From Escherichia phage vB_EcoS_FP, in the sequence record MT682706.1: a stretch of 43,757 bases of DNA; one strand, written 5' to 3'. The position numbers and the translations under genes are program-made. Positions 35,184-43,515 of this stretch are shown in pieces. The stretch's first letter is position 1. Every line of letters starts with the position of its first letter. Below the pieces are notes generated by a model. It was not told the DNA's origin. It saw only the letters and a program-made list of their open reading frames with translations, and did not search any database.

Positions 35184-35599
35184 ACATTACAGACAAAGTT
35201 GATTACATTGAGTTTTACTCTGGACCGGTTAAGTCGTGTCCGAAAGAGGATGACGAACAAATCTTTTGCTCTGATTGGGTTAAGTATAACTACCCAGATA
35301 TGGTATTTTTCCACTGCGTGAATGAGGGAAAGAAAACCATTGGTCAAGCAAGAAAGGACCAGGCTAAAGGTTTGCTTAAAGGGGTTTCTGACTGCTTATT
35401 CCTGATACCTGAATCTCTGCGTGGCAAATACCCTTTCGGAGCCATAGAGCTAAAGAGAGCAGGAAAAACCCAGGCAAGTCCAGTCAGCAATGAACAGAAG
35501 TCCTTCCTGAAAAGCGTGAGAGAATCAGGGGGTTTCGCTGCCGTGGCTTACGGACGAGAAGGTTTTCTTGCAGCATTCAAAGAAATGATTTCAAAATAG
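35180..35599 (+). CDS. VRR-NUC domain nuclease
   Basis: 139 aa; AIELKRAGKTQAS...Q.KS block; ATGA overlap with helicase. Confidence 0.6.
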   Translation: MNITDKVDYIEFYSGPVKSCPKEDDEQIFCSDWVKYNYPDMVFFHCVNEGKKTIGQARKDQAKGLLKGVSDCLFLIPESLRGKYPFGAIELKRAGKTQASPVSNEQKSFLKSVRESGGFAAVAYGREGFLAAFKEMISK

Positions 35600-35645
35600 C
35601 ACGAATTGCTAAAGAGATTTCGCAGGGATGCGATATAGTTACTCC
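35595..35645 (+). promoter_or_regulatory. phage-specific promoter-like module
   Basis: AATAGCACGAATTGCTAAAG, 22 nt, TATAGTTACTCCATCGAAACGAAACG. Confidence 0.55.
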
Positions 35646-35675
35646 ATCGAAACGAAACGCAGAGGGAGAAACAAA

Positions 35676-35876
35676 ATGGCTACTATCCTTACTGGTAAAT
35701 TCTACGAATCACGCAAAACTGGTTATGAATATGAATTAGGAATTACTCCTGATTCTTATATTCTGATTGATGTTGAAGATGCAAACTATGCATTCGAAGT
35801 TAGCCCGACATTCAAAGATGATCTGGAAACTGTTAAAAACGCATTCGGCGAAAAATTTGATGAGGTATCAGAATAA
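35676..35876 (+). CDS. hypothetical protein (66 aa)
   Basis: ATG 35676 with RBS AGAGGGAGAAA. Confidence 0.5.
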   Translation: MATILTGKFYESRKTGYEYELGITPDSYILIDVEDANYAFEVSPTFKDDLETVKNAFGEKFDEVSE

Positions 35877-36097
35877 TGGCAATCTTTACATTTGAAAATC
35901 AATGGGAAGTCTTTAAGCTAATGGCAGTTGAGGAACTAAAGAAGTCTGGATTTAACAAAAACCCCTGGGACTTAGCATTTTGCCTTGATATGAGCTTTGA
36001 AGAAGATTACCTGAACACAGATGTAGAAACATGGCGTGACCGTATGGTTGCAGACATTGCAGAAATGAAAAAAGATTGCCCAGAGGATTTTGAATAA
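35876..36097 (+). CDS. hypothetical protein (73 aa)
   Basis: TAATG overlap. Confidence 0.5.
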   Translation: MAIFTFENQWEVFKLMAVEELKKSGFNKNPWDLAFCLDMSFEEDYLNTDVETWRDRMVADIAEMKKDCPEDFE

Positions 36098-36222
36098 TGA
36101 AAATAGTAGACAAAGAGATGTTTGAAATTGCGCAATCTTACGCAAATGACGCAGTTAAAACCGGATCAGAATATTGCTGGATGTGTGCTAAAGAATACCT
36201 GAAAATGGCTTACGGATTATGA
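36097..36222 (+). CDS. small hypothetical protein (41 aa)
   Basis: TAATG overlap upstream, ATGA overlap downstream. Confidence 0.35.
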   Translation: MKIVDKEMFEIAQSYANDAVKTGSEYCWMCAKEYLKMAYGL

Positions 36223-36467
36223 TAGTTGAAACCGGACGCGCCGCAGTATGGGCGCACTGTGGAGAAGCGGGTTTGCAGGATGACATTAAGAAGATCTCCA
36301 GCTTCTTTGACATAAAAGATATCAGCGTTGTCTTTAATGGTAAATTCTCTTACATGGATGAGCGACCAAGAAAATACGTAAGAGTTAAACCAGGGGTTAG
36401 AATTGATGTTAACGAGTTCCTTAAATCTGAGGGATTCAAGTTTAAGATAACGAAGCCTAAGGATTAA
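36219..36467 (+). CDS. hypothetical protein (82 aa)
   Basis: ORF track. Confidence 0.5.
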   Translation: MIVETGRAAVWAHCGEAGLQDDIKKISSFFDIKDISVVFNGKFSYMDERPRKYVRVKPGVRIDVNEFLKSEGFKFKITKPKD

Positions 36468-36469
36468 GT

Positions 36470-36721
36470 ATGTTGGGTTTAGATTTTCAGCCAGAGCATT
36501 ACGATTTAGTATATGGGCAAAGTGGAGCTAAGTTTAGGGCGATACCTATTGCTGACTGGTTCCCTCCTGATTATGCGGATGTGAATGCAAAAACTAAAGA
36601 CGGTAAGTGGGTACAGATTTACTACTCTCCAGCATGCGGAAACCTTTGCATGACTGACCTTGACCAGAAGTTAACAATTAGTGCTGATTTGATTGACTGC
36701 TGGTTAAAAGAAGTTGAATGA
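36470..36721 (+). CDS. hypothetical protein (83 aa)
   Basis: ORF track. Confidence 0.5.
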   Translation: MLGLDFQPEHYDLVYGQSGAKFRAIPIADWFPPDYADVNAKTKDGKWVQIYYSPACGNLCMTDLDQKLTISADLIDCWLKEVE

Positions 36722-36804
36722 GAGCCCTAATACTAGTAGCATTAGTCCCAATGTTTAGCTTTACTATCTTATACTTTATCGCAATGAATTAAGGAACTTA
36801 TATA

Positions 36805-37935
36805 ATGGCAACTGCAAAAATCACTAACGAACAACTACGCGAAGAACTGGCTAATGGCATGACCAACAAGGCAATCGCAGAGAAATACGGAATGAACATT
36901 CGCAACGTTGAATTGCGTCGTAGTAAATTAGCGAAGAGCGGGGAATTGCACGGCAACCCAGGCATCAAGAAGCTAGTTCCTGAAGGTTATATGGTTAAAG
37001 GCACATCAACGATGATTGATGCCGAAGGTAACGAAAAGATTCGTTGGGTTAAAACATCCGTAGATAATGAGCGCCTTGAGGTTTTAATGGAGAAAGCTAG
37101 AGATGCATTCTGCTCTGATTTGCCAAAGGCAGATGTGGTCAACCACTCAGGAAATGAAGTTAACTCTGAATTAATGACTCTTTACCCGATTTTCGATATC
37201 CATATCGGCATGATGGCACATCGTCATGAATCTGGTGAGAATTATGACACGAAAACGGCAGAGAAATTAATGGGATCATATTTTGACCATGCAATTTCTG
37301 TATCTCCAGCCTCAGAGAAAGCAGTAATTTTAGTTGGCGGCGACTTCCTTCACTCAGACGGACTTGAGGCTGTAACCCCAGCAAGCGGACACTGCCTTGA
37401 TCAAGATAGCCGATATGCTAAGTTAGTTTATGTGGCAATTCGCTCAATTCGTGGCGCGGTAGAGAAGATGCTTAAGAAACACAAGGAAGTAGAGATTCAA
37501 ATCATAGAGGGAAATCACGACCAGAGTGGTATGATTTGGCTCCGTGCGGCAATGGCTGCATTTTATGAAAACGAGAATCGCGTGTTTGTTGATACCAGTC
37601 CGGCAATCATGCACAAGACGCGATTTGGTTCAACATTACTTGGTTACACGCACGGCCACACAATGAAGAAAGCTGAGGGTCGACTCGCGGCAATGGCGAC
37701 AGACTACCGCAAAGACTTTGGTGAATGTGAATTCGTTTACTGCCATTCCGGCCATTTCCATCATGCAACCGTTACAGAATGCACTCTTGGGATTGATGAG
37801 GTGCACCCTGCACTTGCCAGCAAGGACGCATATGCAGCACGGGGAGGGTGGCGATCATACCGACAGGCTGCTGCAATTGTTTACCACAAGAATTTTGGCG
37901 AGGTTGGTAGACACATTTATCGCCCTGGTATGTAA
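36805..37935 (+). CDS. HTH domain fused to calcineurin-like metallophosphoesterase
   Basis: N-terminal HTH-like segment; phosphoesterase motifs DIHIG, GGDFLHSDG, EGNHDQ. Confidence 0.55.
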   Translation: MATAKITNEQLREELANGMTNKAIAEKYGMNIRNVELRRSKLAKSGELHGNPGIKKLVPEGYMVKGTSTMIDAEGNEKIRWVKTSVDNERLEVLMEKARDAFCSDLPKADVVNHSGNEVNSELMTLYPIFDIHIGMMAHRHESGENYDTKTAEKLMGSYFDHAISVSPASEKAVILVGGDFLHSDGLEAVTPASGHCLDQDSRYAKLVYVAIRSIRGAVEKMLKKHKEVEIQIIEGNHDQSGMIWLRAAMAAFYENENRVFVDTSPAIMHKTRFGSTLLGYTHGHTMKKAEGRLAAMATDYRKDFGECEFVYCHSGHFHHATVTECTLGIDEVHPALASKDAYAARGGWRSYRQAAAIVYHKNFGEVGRHIYRPGM

Positions 37936-38008
37936 ATAGCACTTTTGTTAATAAAGCCTCAAAGGATTGAGGCAAAATGAATAAACGATAAAGAGATGAG
38001 GAATTGTA

Positions 38009-38482
38009 ATGATTTACGTATTTGATATCGATGGAACTATAGCTAATAATGAGCATAGAAGTCACCTCTTGCCATCCAGCGACCTTCACTTGACTTCAAG
38101 TTGGAAGGATTACAATAAAGCCTGTTCTGGAGACTCACCAATAATTCCAATGATAAAAATGATGAATGCTTTAGCTGAGTCATCTCAAGTTTACATAATG
38201 ACCTCAAGAAGTGATGAAGTTGAATGGAGAACCCTTGAGTGGCTTCAGGATAATGATGTTGAGTATGATTCGATATACATGAGAAGTCGACATGACAACC
38301 GAAAAGATTACAAAATAAAAGAGGAATGGCTCAATGAAATCAGTGGTGGCTATAAAGGCAATGTGGTTATTTTTGAAGATAACCCAAAAGTAATTAAGCA
38401 CCTAAGAAGTCGCGGATACACAGTTATGGCTGTATGTGAATATGAAGAACTACCTAAAGATTGCGAATCTCACGGAGAATGA
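38009..38482 (+). CDS. HAD-superfamily phosphatase (5' nucleotidase / PNK-phosphatase-like)
   Basis: N-terminal DxDGT motif (VFDIDGTIA); 157 aa. Confidence 0.6.
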   Translation: MIYVFDIDGTIANNEHRSHLLPSSDLHLTSSWKDYNKACSGDSPIIPMIKMMNALAESSQVYIMTSRSDEVEWRTLEWLQDNDVEYDSIYMRSRHDNRKDYKIKEEWLNEISGGYKGNVVIFEDNPKVIKHLRSRGYTVMAVCEYEELPKDCESHGE

Positions 38483-39039
38483 AAATGACTAAATTATTTA
38501 TCCTTAACGGACCGGCTGGAGTTGGCAAGGACACTATCGCAGATGTTATGCTCGAGTTGGGTGTTGTTGATGGGAAAGTTTCATTCAAGTCACCAATGTT
38601 CGATGTAGCCAGGGGGATGCTATCAAAGGATGAATTTGATTGGTTTATTGAGAACTACAACAACCGAGACGAGAAAGAAAAGCATCAAGAGATACTTGGC
38701 GGTAAAAGCATTCGAGAATTTATGATTTGGATTAGCGAGTCTGTAATGAAGCCAGTCTTTGGTGATTATGTTTTCGGTAAAAGGCTAGCCCAGTCACTTG
38801 GTGATGGTTGCTACATTTGCGCTGACGGTGGGTTTGCTAGCGAGATTAAGCCACTGATCGACACTGGTGTTGAGGTCACGTTAATCAGATTGCATAGGGC
38901 AGGGTACAAATTTGATGGCGATAGTCGCTCATACATTCATGGGGTGTGCGCAAGAGAAATTGATGTTCGTGTTGTTGATGGTGATATTGATGGAACATCA
39001 GCATTGGTAAGGCACGTAATAAATAGCACGAATTGCTAA
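38479..39039 (+). CDS. P-loop kinase (dNMP kinase-like)
   Basis: Walker A GPAGVGKDT; ATG 38479 with ACGGAG RBS; runs through a promoter motif, ending NSTNC. Confidence 0.6.
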   Translation: MKMTKLFILNGPAGVGKDTIADVMLELGVVDGKVSFKSPMFDVARGMLSKDEFDWFIENYNNRDEKEKHQEILGGKSIREFMIWISESVMKPVFGDYVFGKRLAQSLGDGCYICADGGFASEIKPLIDTGVEVTLIRLHRAGYKFDGDSRSYIHGVCAREIDVRVVDGDIDGTSALVRHVINSTNC

Positions 39040-39072
39040 AGATAATAATAAAAACTTGGTTATAGTTAACAC
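39021..39072 (+). promoter_or_regulatory. phage-specific promoter-like module
   Basis: AATAGCACGAATTGCTAAAG, 22 nt, TATAGTTAACACATCGAAACGAGATG. Confidence 0.55.
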
Positions 39073-39083
39073 ATCGAAACGAG

Positions 39084-39284
39084 ATGAACCAAGCGAGGAA
39101 AAACAAAATGACTAAAATGATTTACTGCACCAAGAACAACTCCAAGACCCTGCCATTTACTGTTAACCAGCCGTACAACGCAGAGTACCAGGGCGATGGA
39201 TACTACAAGATTTACGGAGACGATATGACGCACATCTTAGCGCCGATTGATGGTTCGTTAGTTGAATTTATTATCGCTGACTAG
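39084..39284 (+). CDS. hypothetical protein (66 aa)
   Basis: RBS GAGGAAAAAC; ORF track. Confidence 0.55.
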   Translation: MNQARKNKMTKMIYCTKNNSKTLPFTVNQPYNAEYQGDGYYKIYGDDMTHILAPIDGSLVEFIIAD

Positions 39285-39308
39285 CGCAGAAAAAACATAG
39301 CTTTACAA

Positions 39309-39338
39309 GCGGGGGGCCTTTTGGCTCCCCTTTTTTAT
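39309..39338 (+). terminator. intrinsic terminator
   Basis: GCGGGGGGCCTTTTGGCTCCCC plus T-run. Confidence 0.65.
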
Positions 39339-39414
39339 GCTTCTTTTCCGAACGGTGCTAATGTATCATTCTTTTATTAACTTAATCATTAACAAATACA
39401 TAAAGGTGGATCAC

Positions 39415-39630
39415 ATGAGGGAAGTAATCAACGCCGCTACAGCATCAACTGGCGGGGCTGCGGTAACTGGCGCAGCAACTGGTCAAATGACTATAGCAAT
39501 AATCAGCCTTATCGCTCTAATCATTTTTGGAGTTTGGGGTGCTTACTGGAAGTATAAGGATAGTCAAGCCATCAGGCGGGCGCTTGAAGCTGGAGACTTG
39601 AAAACAGCAATCAATATAAGGAACAAATAA
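39415..39630 (+). CDS. holin (candidate)
   Basis: 71 aa with one strongly hydrophobic segment MTIAIISLIALIIFGVWGAYW; immediately upstream of endolysin; RBS AAAGGTGG. Confidence 0.55.
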   Translation: MREVINAATASTGGAAVTGAATGQMTIAIISLIALIIFGVWGAYWKYKDSQAIRRALEAGDLKTAINIRNK

Positions 39631-40116
39631 ATGAAGCAGAAGCTGCTAATTAGCGCGGCTACGGCTGCGGCAATATACATCGCAGCGCCGCTTATTGAGC
39701 TCGTTGAGGGTGTGGAGAACAAGCCTTACATGGACATTGCTGGAATCCCTACAGTTTGTTCAGGTATTACTGGACCTGACGTTGTTTGGGGTAAAACTTA
39801 CAGTAACAGGGAGTGCCGGAACCTACTGGAGAAGCACATCCAGATTCATGCTAAGTATGTTCAGGATGCGGTTACCTACCCAATTGCACGGCAGACAAGG
39901 GCAGCGCTAATCAGCTTTAGCTACAACGTTGGTGGTCATGCCATGAAGAACTCAACGGCAATTAGACTTATCAATCAGGGTAAAGTGGAGCAGGGTTGTA
40001 AGGCTCTTGGGATGTGGAATAAAGCTACCGTTAACGGCAAAAAGGTTATTGTTAAGGGTTTGGTTAATCGCAGGAACGAGGAGGTTAAGCTATGCTTAAG
40101 TGGATTGCAGCGTTAG
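39631..40116 (+). CDS. SAR endolysin (lysozyme, P21 R-like)
   Basis: N-terminal SAR-like hydrophobic segment; blocks KPYMDIAGIPTVCSGIT and SFSYNVGGHA recalled to resemble phage P21 R lysozyme. Confidence 0.85.
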   Translation: MKQKLLISAATAAAIYIAAPLIELVEGVENKPYMDIAGIPTVCSGITGPDVVWGKTYSNRECRNLLEKHIQIHAKYVQDAVTYPIARQTRAALISFSYNVGGHAMKNSTAIRLINQGKVEQGCKALGMWNKATVNGKKVIVKGLVNRRNEEVKLCLSGLQR

Positions 40117-40481
40117 TAATGTGCGTGGCCTTATCTGGATGCTCAGCAACATCTGCGCTGACTGGTTTGATTGGCAGCAATCCAGAAATTAGCGCACAGG
40201 CTGGAGCAGAAAACAACAAGGTTGGTGTTGGGTTAACTAACAAGGTTGACTCCAGTAACTCCAGCGATGCTTCCTTTAAGGATTCTAGCGTAGGCTCTCT
40301 GGATAGCTCGAGCGGAAAAAAGACTGCTGACAATTCGATTAAGGCCTCAACAATCACTGCCGAAAAGATTGAAATTACCAATAACGAATCATCATCGCTT
40401 CCGTGGGTTGGAACAGGAGCTATGGGTCTACTGGTTTTGATTCTCCTGACCGTAATCTTAAGACGTAAAAAAGCCTCCTAA
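40092..40481 (+). CDS. unimolecular spanin (T1 gp11-like)
   Basis: Lipobox LSGC at N-terminus plus C-terminal transmembrane segment LLVLILLTVIL; overlaps endolysin end. Confidence 0.6.
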   Translation: MLKWIAALVMCVALSGCSATSALTGLIGSNPEISAQAGAENNKVGVGLTNKVDSSNSSDASFKDSSVGSLDSSSGKKTADNSIKASTITAEKIEITNNESSSLPWVGTGAMGLLVLILLTVILRRKKAS

Positions 40482-40497
40482 TGGAGGCTATATTTTT
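40467..40497. terminator. bidirectional terminator-like hairpin
   Basis: AAGCCTCCTAATGGAGGCT flanked by A-run and T-run between convergent genes. Confidence 0.55.
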
Positions 40498-40831
40498 AGC
40501 TAAATAACTCGTCGTCAGTCATTGTTCCTATATTCATCATCTCTTTTATGTACTTGCTCTGATACCCGTTAAGTGCCTCAAAGTTAAAGTCGAATGGCCT
40601 TTTCAAACTCCCATTACTAACAAACTCACCACACTTACCATCAATGTAACCAGCACTAAGCATCTTCGCGCAGAACTCCTTTGAAGCGGCGCTGCAAAAC
40701 TCTCGATGTGATAAACCAGCTGCCTTGCTGAATCTCTGAGAGTCCTTATGTTGGTAGATGAATCGCGCCAAATGCTGGCGCGTGAAGTGTGAATACGACT
40801 CGCAGAAGCGGTACAAATCCAAAATAAACAC
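40496..40831 (-). CDS. hypothetical protein (111 aa)
   Basis: ORF track; last gene of minus-strand early operon, downstream of ATPase. Confidence 0.5.
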   Translation of the reverse strand: MFILDLYRFCESYSHFTRQHLARFIYQHKDSQRFSKAAGLSHREFCSAASKEFCAKMLSAGYIDGKCGEFVSNGSLKRPFDFNFEALNGYQSKYIKEMMNIGTMTDDELFS

Positions 40832-40834
40832 TCA

Positions 40835-42418
40835 TCACCCCAATAGTCGTGGATTAATGTAAACTTTATCACCAATCAGGCACGTATAGTTTTTCTCATC
40901 AAGCATTGGCAGCAAGTGATCTTTAATCTTAGTCATTACTCCAGCTTGAGCCTCGAACGGCTTAACCTTGCGAGCCGCTTCATATAGCGAACGAATACCT
41001 ACTACTCCTTTCCCGCTCTTGCCTTGCTTAATCAGGATATCAATCAGCTTATTCATCTCGGCATTGTCGCCAGCGTGACCGGCGGCGTTAGCAGATGACA
41101 AATAAGTCTTACTCAGTTCCTGGAACATAATTACAGCCTCTTGCATGGTGTCGAGCTCGATTTCTCTGGACTTCTGTGGACTCCCACCGCTAGGGTTGAA
41201 CCAGTTACGCACAGTGTGAAGAACCGCCGCAATCCTGATTGCCTGCTTATCGAACTTACCCAGCGCGCCGCGCAACATGGTGTGGGAATACTTACCGCCG
41301 TCCGCAAGGTGAGGTTCCATCTCCTGACGAGCGCGGTTGAGATATTTCATTGCTGAATTGCTAACCGTTAGTTTTACATCCTGCTCATTCATGATTTCAT
41401 GAACAAGACGGAAGTAGTCAGCCTTCAACCCGCCATCAATTGGTTCATAAGTAGATTCGCCATTTTCATCAACAAATACACGCTCGCCCAGGAGTGACTT
41501 TTCACGTACAAGCAGGAAACGCTCAGATACACCGATACCACGAGCGCCAGCGTTCATGATAGCGTTGATTGTCTCATCCTGTGCAATTACAGAGATGCAA
41601 CCCATAGCAACAAAGCTCATATTGTTTTCTCCGTTCGCACGCGCAATGGACACGTTGCCAGCATCCCATGCCTTCAGTACAAGCTCGCTGTTCGTTTTCT
41701 TTGAGCCGTCACCATAGGTCATGCCTAATAGTGAGTTGACGCTAGTTGCCTCATCAGAGATTACAGCAAAGTTGCCCTGGCGGTTGTTGATTCGGGCCAG
41801 ACCTTCTGGTGTGGTATCGGATACAGGGAAAACGATATCACAGAGCTTTTCCAGCTTTTCCTCAAGATCCTCTTTCTCCTCAAAAAGTGAGGCCATCTCT
41901 GATGGTGACTTTTCCTGCTTCATCTCTTTGGATAATGCAGATAGTTTTGCCATGATCTTCTTGCGCTCACGCTTTCTCACTTCATTCAGCCGCTCAGTCT
42001 CAGCAATCATTGGAGCAATTGAAAGTGAGTTGATTGCTGATTTACCAGTCGATGGTGGCTGGCTTGTTACAACATAAAGCGAAGTCGGTTGCTGAGTTCC
42101 GTGATACTCAACGGTAAAGCGGCCTAGCATCGCAGCGGAAATACACCCCAGGAAGTGCATGTACGCGGACGACTCCGGGAACTGAACTGAGCGAGCAATG
42201 TTAGCTGACAGCTTACCAACAACATCAACATCATTGCCGAGTGAGATTGCGGGATACTTGTCATTTGCAGCATCAATCTCGACTGGTGCTTTCCAGAATG
42301 ATTGAGATTGGCGATAGCCATTTGCATTGATGGCTACTCGCAGTGGCGGGAGGTTGTCTGCGGCAGCAATTGCCATAACCTGTTCAACAGATAGTTTATC
42401 TTCGTTGAAGTCAAACAT
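40835..42418 (-). CDS. P-loop NTPase (possible SF3 helicase / replication initiator)
   Basis: About 527 aa from ATG 42418 (RBS GGAGAG); Walker A TSQPPSTGKS, Walker B FAVISDEATS; N- and C-terminal domains paralogous to 1162-1707. Confidence 0.7.
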   Translation of the reverse strand: MFDFNEDKLSVEQVMAIAAADNLPPLRVAINANGYRQSQSFWKAPVEIDAANDKYPAISLGNDVDVVGKLSANIARSVQFPESSAYMHFLGCISAAMLGRFTVEYHGTQQPTSLYVVTSQPPSTGKSAINSLSIAPMIAETERLNEVRKRERKKIMAKLSALSKEMKQEKSPSEMASLFEEKEDLEEKLEKLCDIVFPVSDTTPEGLARINNRQGNFAVISDEATSVNSLLGMTYGDGSKKTNSELVLKAWDAGNVSIARANGENNMSFVAMGCISVIAQDETINAIMNAGARGIGVSERFLLVREKSLLGERVFVDENGESTYEPIDGGLKADYFRLVHEIMNEQDVKLTVSNSAMKYLNRARQEMEPHLADGGKYSHTMLRGALGKFDKQAIRIAAVLHTVRNWFNPSGGSPQKSREIELDTMQEAVIMFQELSKTYLSSANAAGHAGDNAEMNKLIDILIKQGKSGKGVVGIRSLYEAARKVKPFEAQAGVMTKIKDHLLPMLDEKNYTCLIGDKVYINPRLLG

Positions 42419-42449
42419 TACTTTCTCTCCGTATTGTTTCTGAGCGGCC

Positions 42450-42496
42450 ATTATATCAACGACCGCTTATAATTCATTATCAATTTGTGCTATTTA
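42450..42496 (-). promoter_or_regulatory. phage-specific promoter-like module (minus strand) for ATPase gene
   Basis: Minus strand: AAATAGCACAAATTGATAA, 22 nt, TATAAT, with the -10 overlapping the first in-frame ATG at 42451. Confidence 0.5.
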
Positions 42497-42847
42497 CAGG
42501 TATTGAGCCTCGAAGTGGTAGTCCCCACAAACTGTAACAAAGCCAACATCTTCGTCACGATATAGCTGCCATGCGCTACCCTCCTTATCGTAAATGTATC
42601 CAGCGCGCTGCCCAAGTCCAGCATGGAGATCTACTTGATATCGCTTCCCTTCAGTGAAGTACTTACGAATGGATGAGCGATGATTAACCTTTGTGCAGTA
42701 AATGGTCTTTGTCTTGATGTACTTACCGCGCTCCTCCAGGTTAACCCATTTCCCATCTTTCTTGATTTGTTCTACACCATCTTTAACGCGAGCTTTGTAT
42801 AGTACGTTTTCGTTGCTAATCCAGTTTTTGGTAGTCGTAGTAGTCAT
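42494..42847 (-). CDS. hypothetical protein (117 aa)
   Basis: ATG 42847 with RBS AAGGGTAAAAG; own promoter module. Confidence 0.55.
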   Translation of the reverse strand: MTTTTTKNWISNENVLYKARVKDGVEQIKKDGKWVNLEERGKYIKTKTIYCTKVNHRSSIRKYFTEGKRYQVDLHAGLGQRAGYIYDKEGSAWQLYRDEDVGFVTVCGDYHFEAQYL

Positions 42848-42869
42848 TTCTTTTACCCTTCGTTGTTTC

Positions 42870-42930
42870 GTTTCGATGAGATTAATATACATGAAAAGCC
42901 CCGAAGGGCTTTAGCAATTCGTGCTATTGC
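42870..42930 (-). promoter_or_regulatory. phage-specific promoter-like module (minus strand) containing a terminator-like hairpin in its spacer
   Basis: Minus strand: AATAGCACGAATTGCTAAAGCCCTTCGGGGCTTTTCATG-TATATTAATCTCATCGAAACGAAAC. Confidence 0.55.
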
Positions 42931-43072
42931 GTGCCTTTTCTATCGCCTTAAGCATGATTTCGTGACTTTCCAGTAAGTCCTCTCGGAACCAATCTCCGCA
43001 AGGCCATCCCTTACCGCTGTATGCGCTTACGACCTCAAGGTCGAAATAATTTATCTCAGATGGCAGGAGCAT
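42911..43072 (-). CDS. small hypothetical protein (53 aa)
   Basis: Own translation: MLLPSEINYFDLEVVSAYSGKGWPCGDWFREDLLESHEIMLKAIEKARNSTNC; ATGA overlap with upstream gene. Confidence 0.4.
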   Translation of the reverse strand: MLLPSEINYFDLEVVSAYSGKGWPCGDWFREDLLESHEIMLKAIEKARNSTNC

Positions 43073-43269
43073 CAGTAGTCCTCCTCATCTTCTTGTTCAA
43101 AGTCCCACACAATGTATTCGCCCAATCTTTGAATCTCAGCGCCAGAAAGAAAGACACCTAAAGCGAACGATCTGTCTTCATCAGTCTTAAAATACTCCAA
43201 AGGGTATCGTTCGTAAAATTTATTAATTAAATGTGCAATGTCAAACTTATCTGATTGCTTAATCATCAC
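43072..43269 (-). CDS. acidic small early protein (65 aa)
   Basis: ORF track; acidic C-terminus FEQEDEEDY. Confidence 0.5.
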   Translation of the reverse strand: MMIKQSDKFDIAHLINKFYERYPLEYFKTDEDRSFALGVFLSGAEIQRLGEYIVWDFEQEDEEDY

Positions 43270-43505
43270 TTCACCTCATCAAAAGTTGCAACGCCAGGAA
43301 TAAACATTTTAACCTTCCAGCCTGCGATCGCAATCCATCCAGAATCGTGCTTGTGCGGTCGCTCATCGCCATTAATCAACCATTCGTTCGGGATTGTCTT
43401 GCCGTTAATGATTAGAGGCTCAGCGTCGTATACAGAGCCCTTTACGAACGGTGTCAAAACCTTCTTGTCCGTGCTGGTGATACAGTTAGTGCAGCGAATT
43501 TTCAT
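43266..43505 (-). CDS. small early protein with CxxC motif (79 aa)
   Basis: ORF track; RBS GAGGATTGAG. Confidence 0.5.
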   Translation of the reverse strand: MKIRCTNCITSTDKKVLTPFVKGSVYDAEPLIINGKTIPNEWLINGDERPHKHDSGWIAIAGWKVKMFIPGVATFDEVK

Positions 43506-43515
43506 ATCTCAATCC

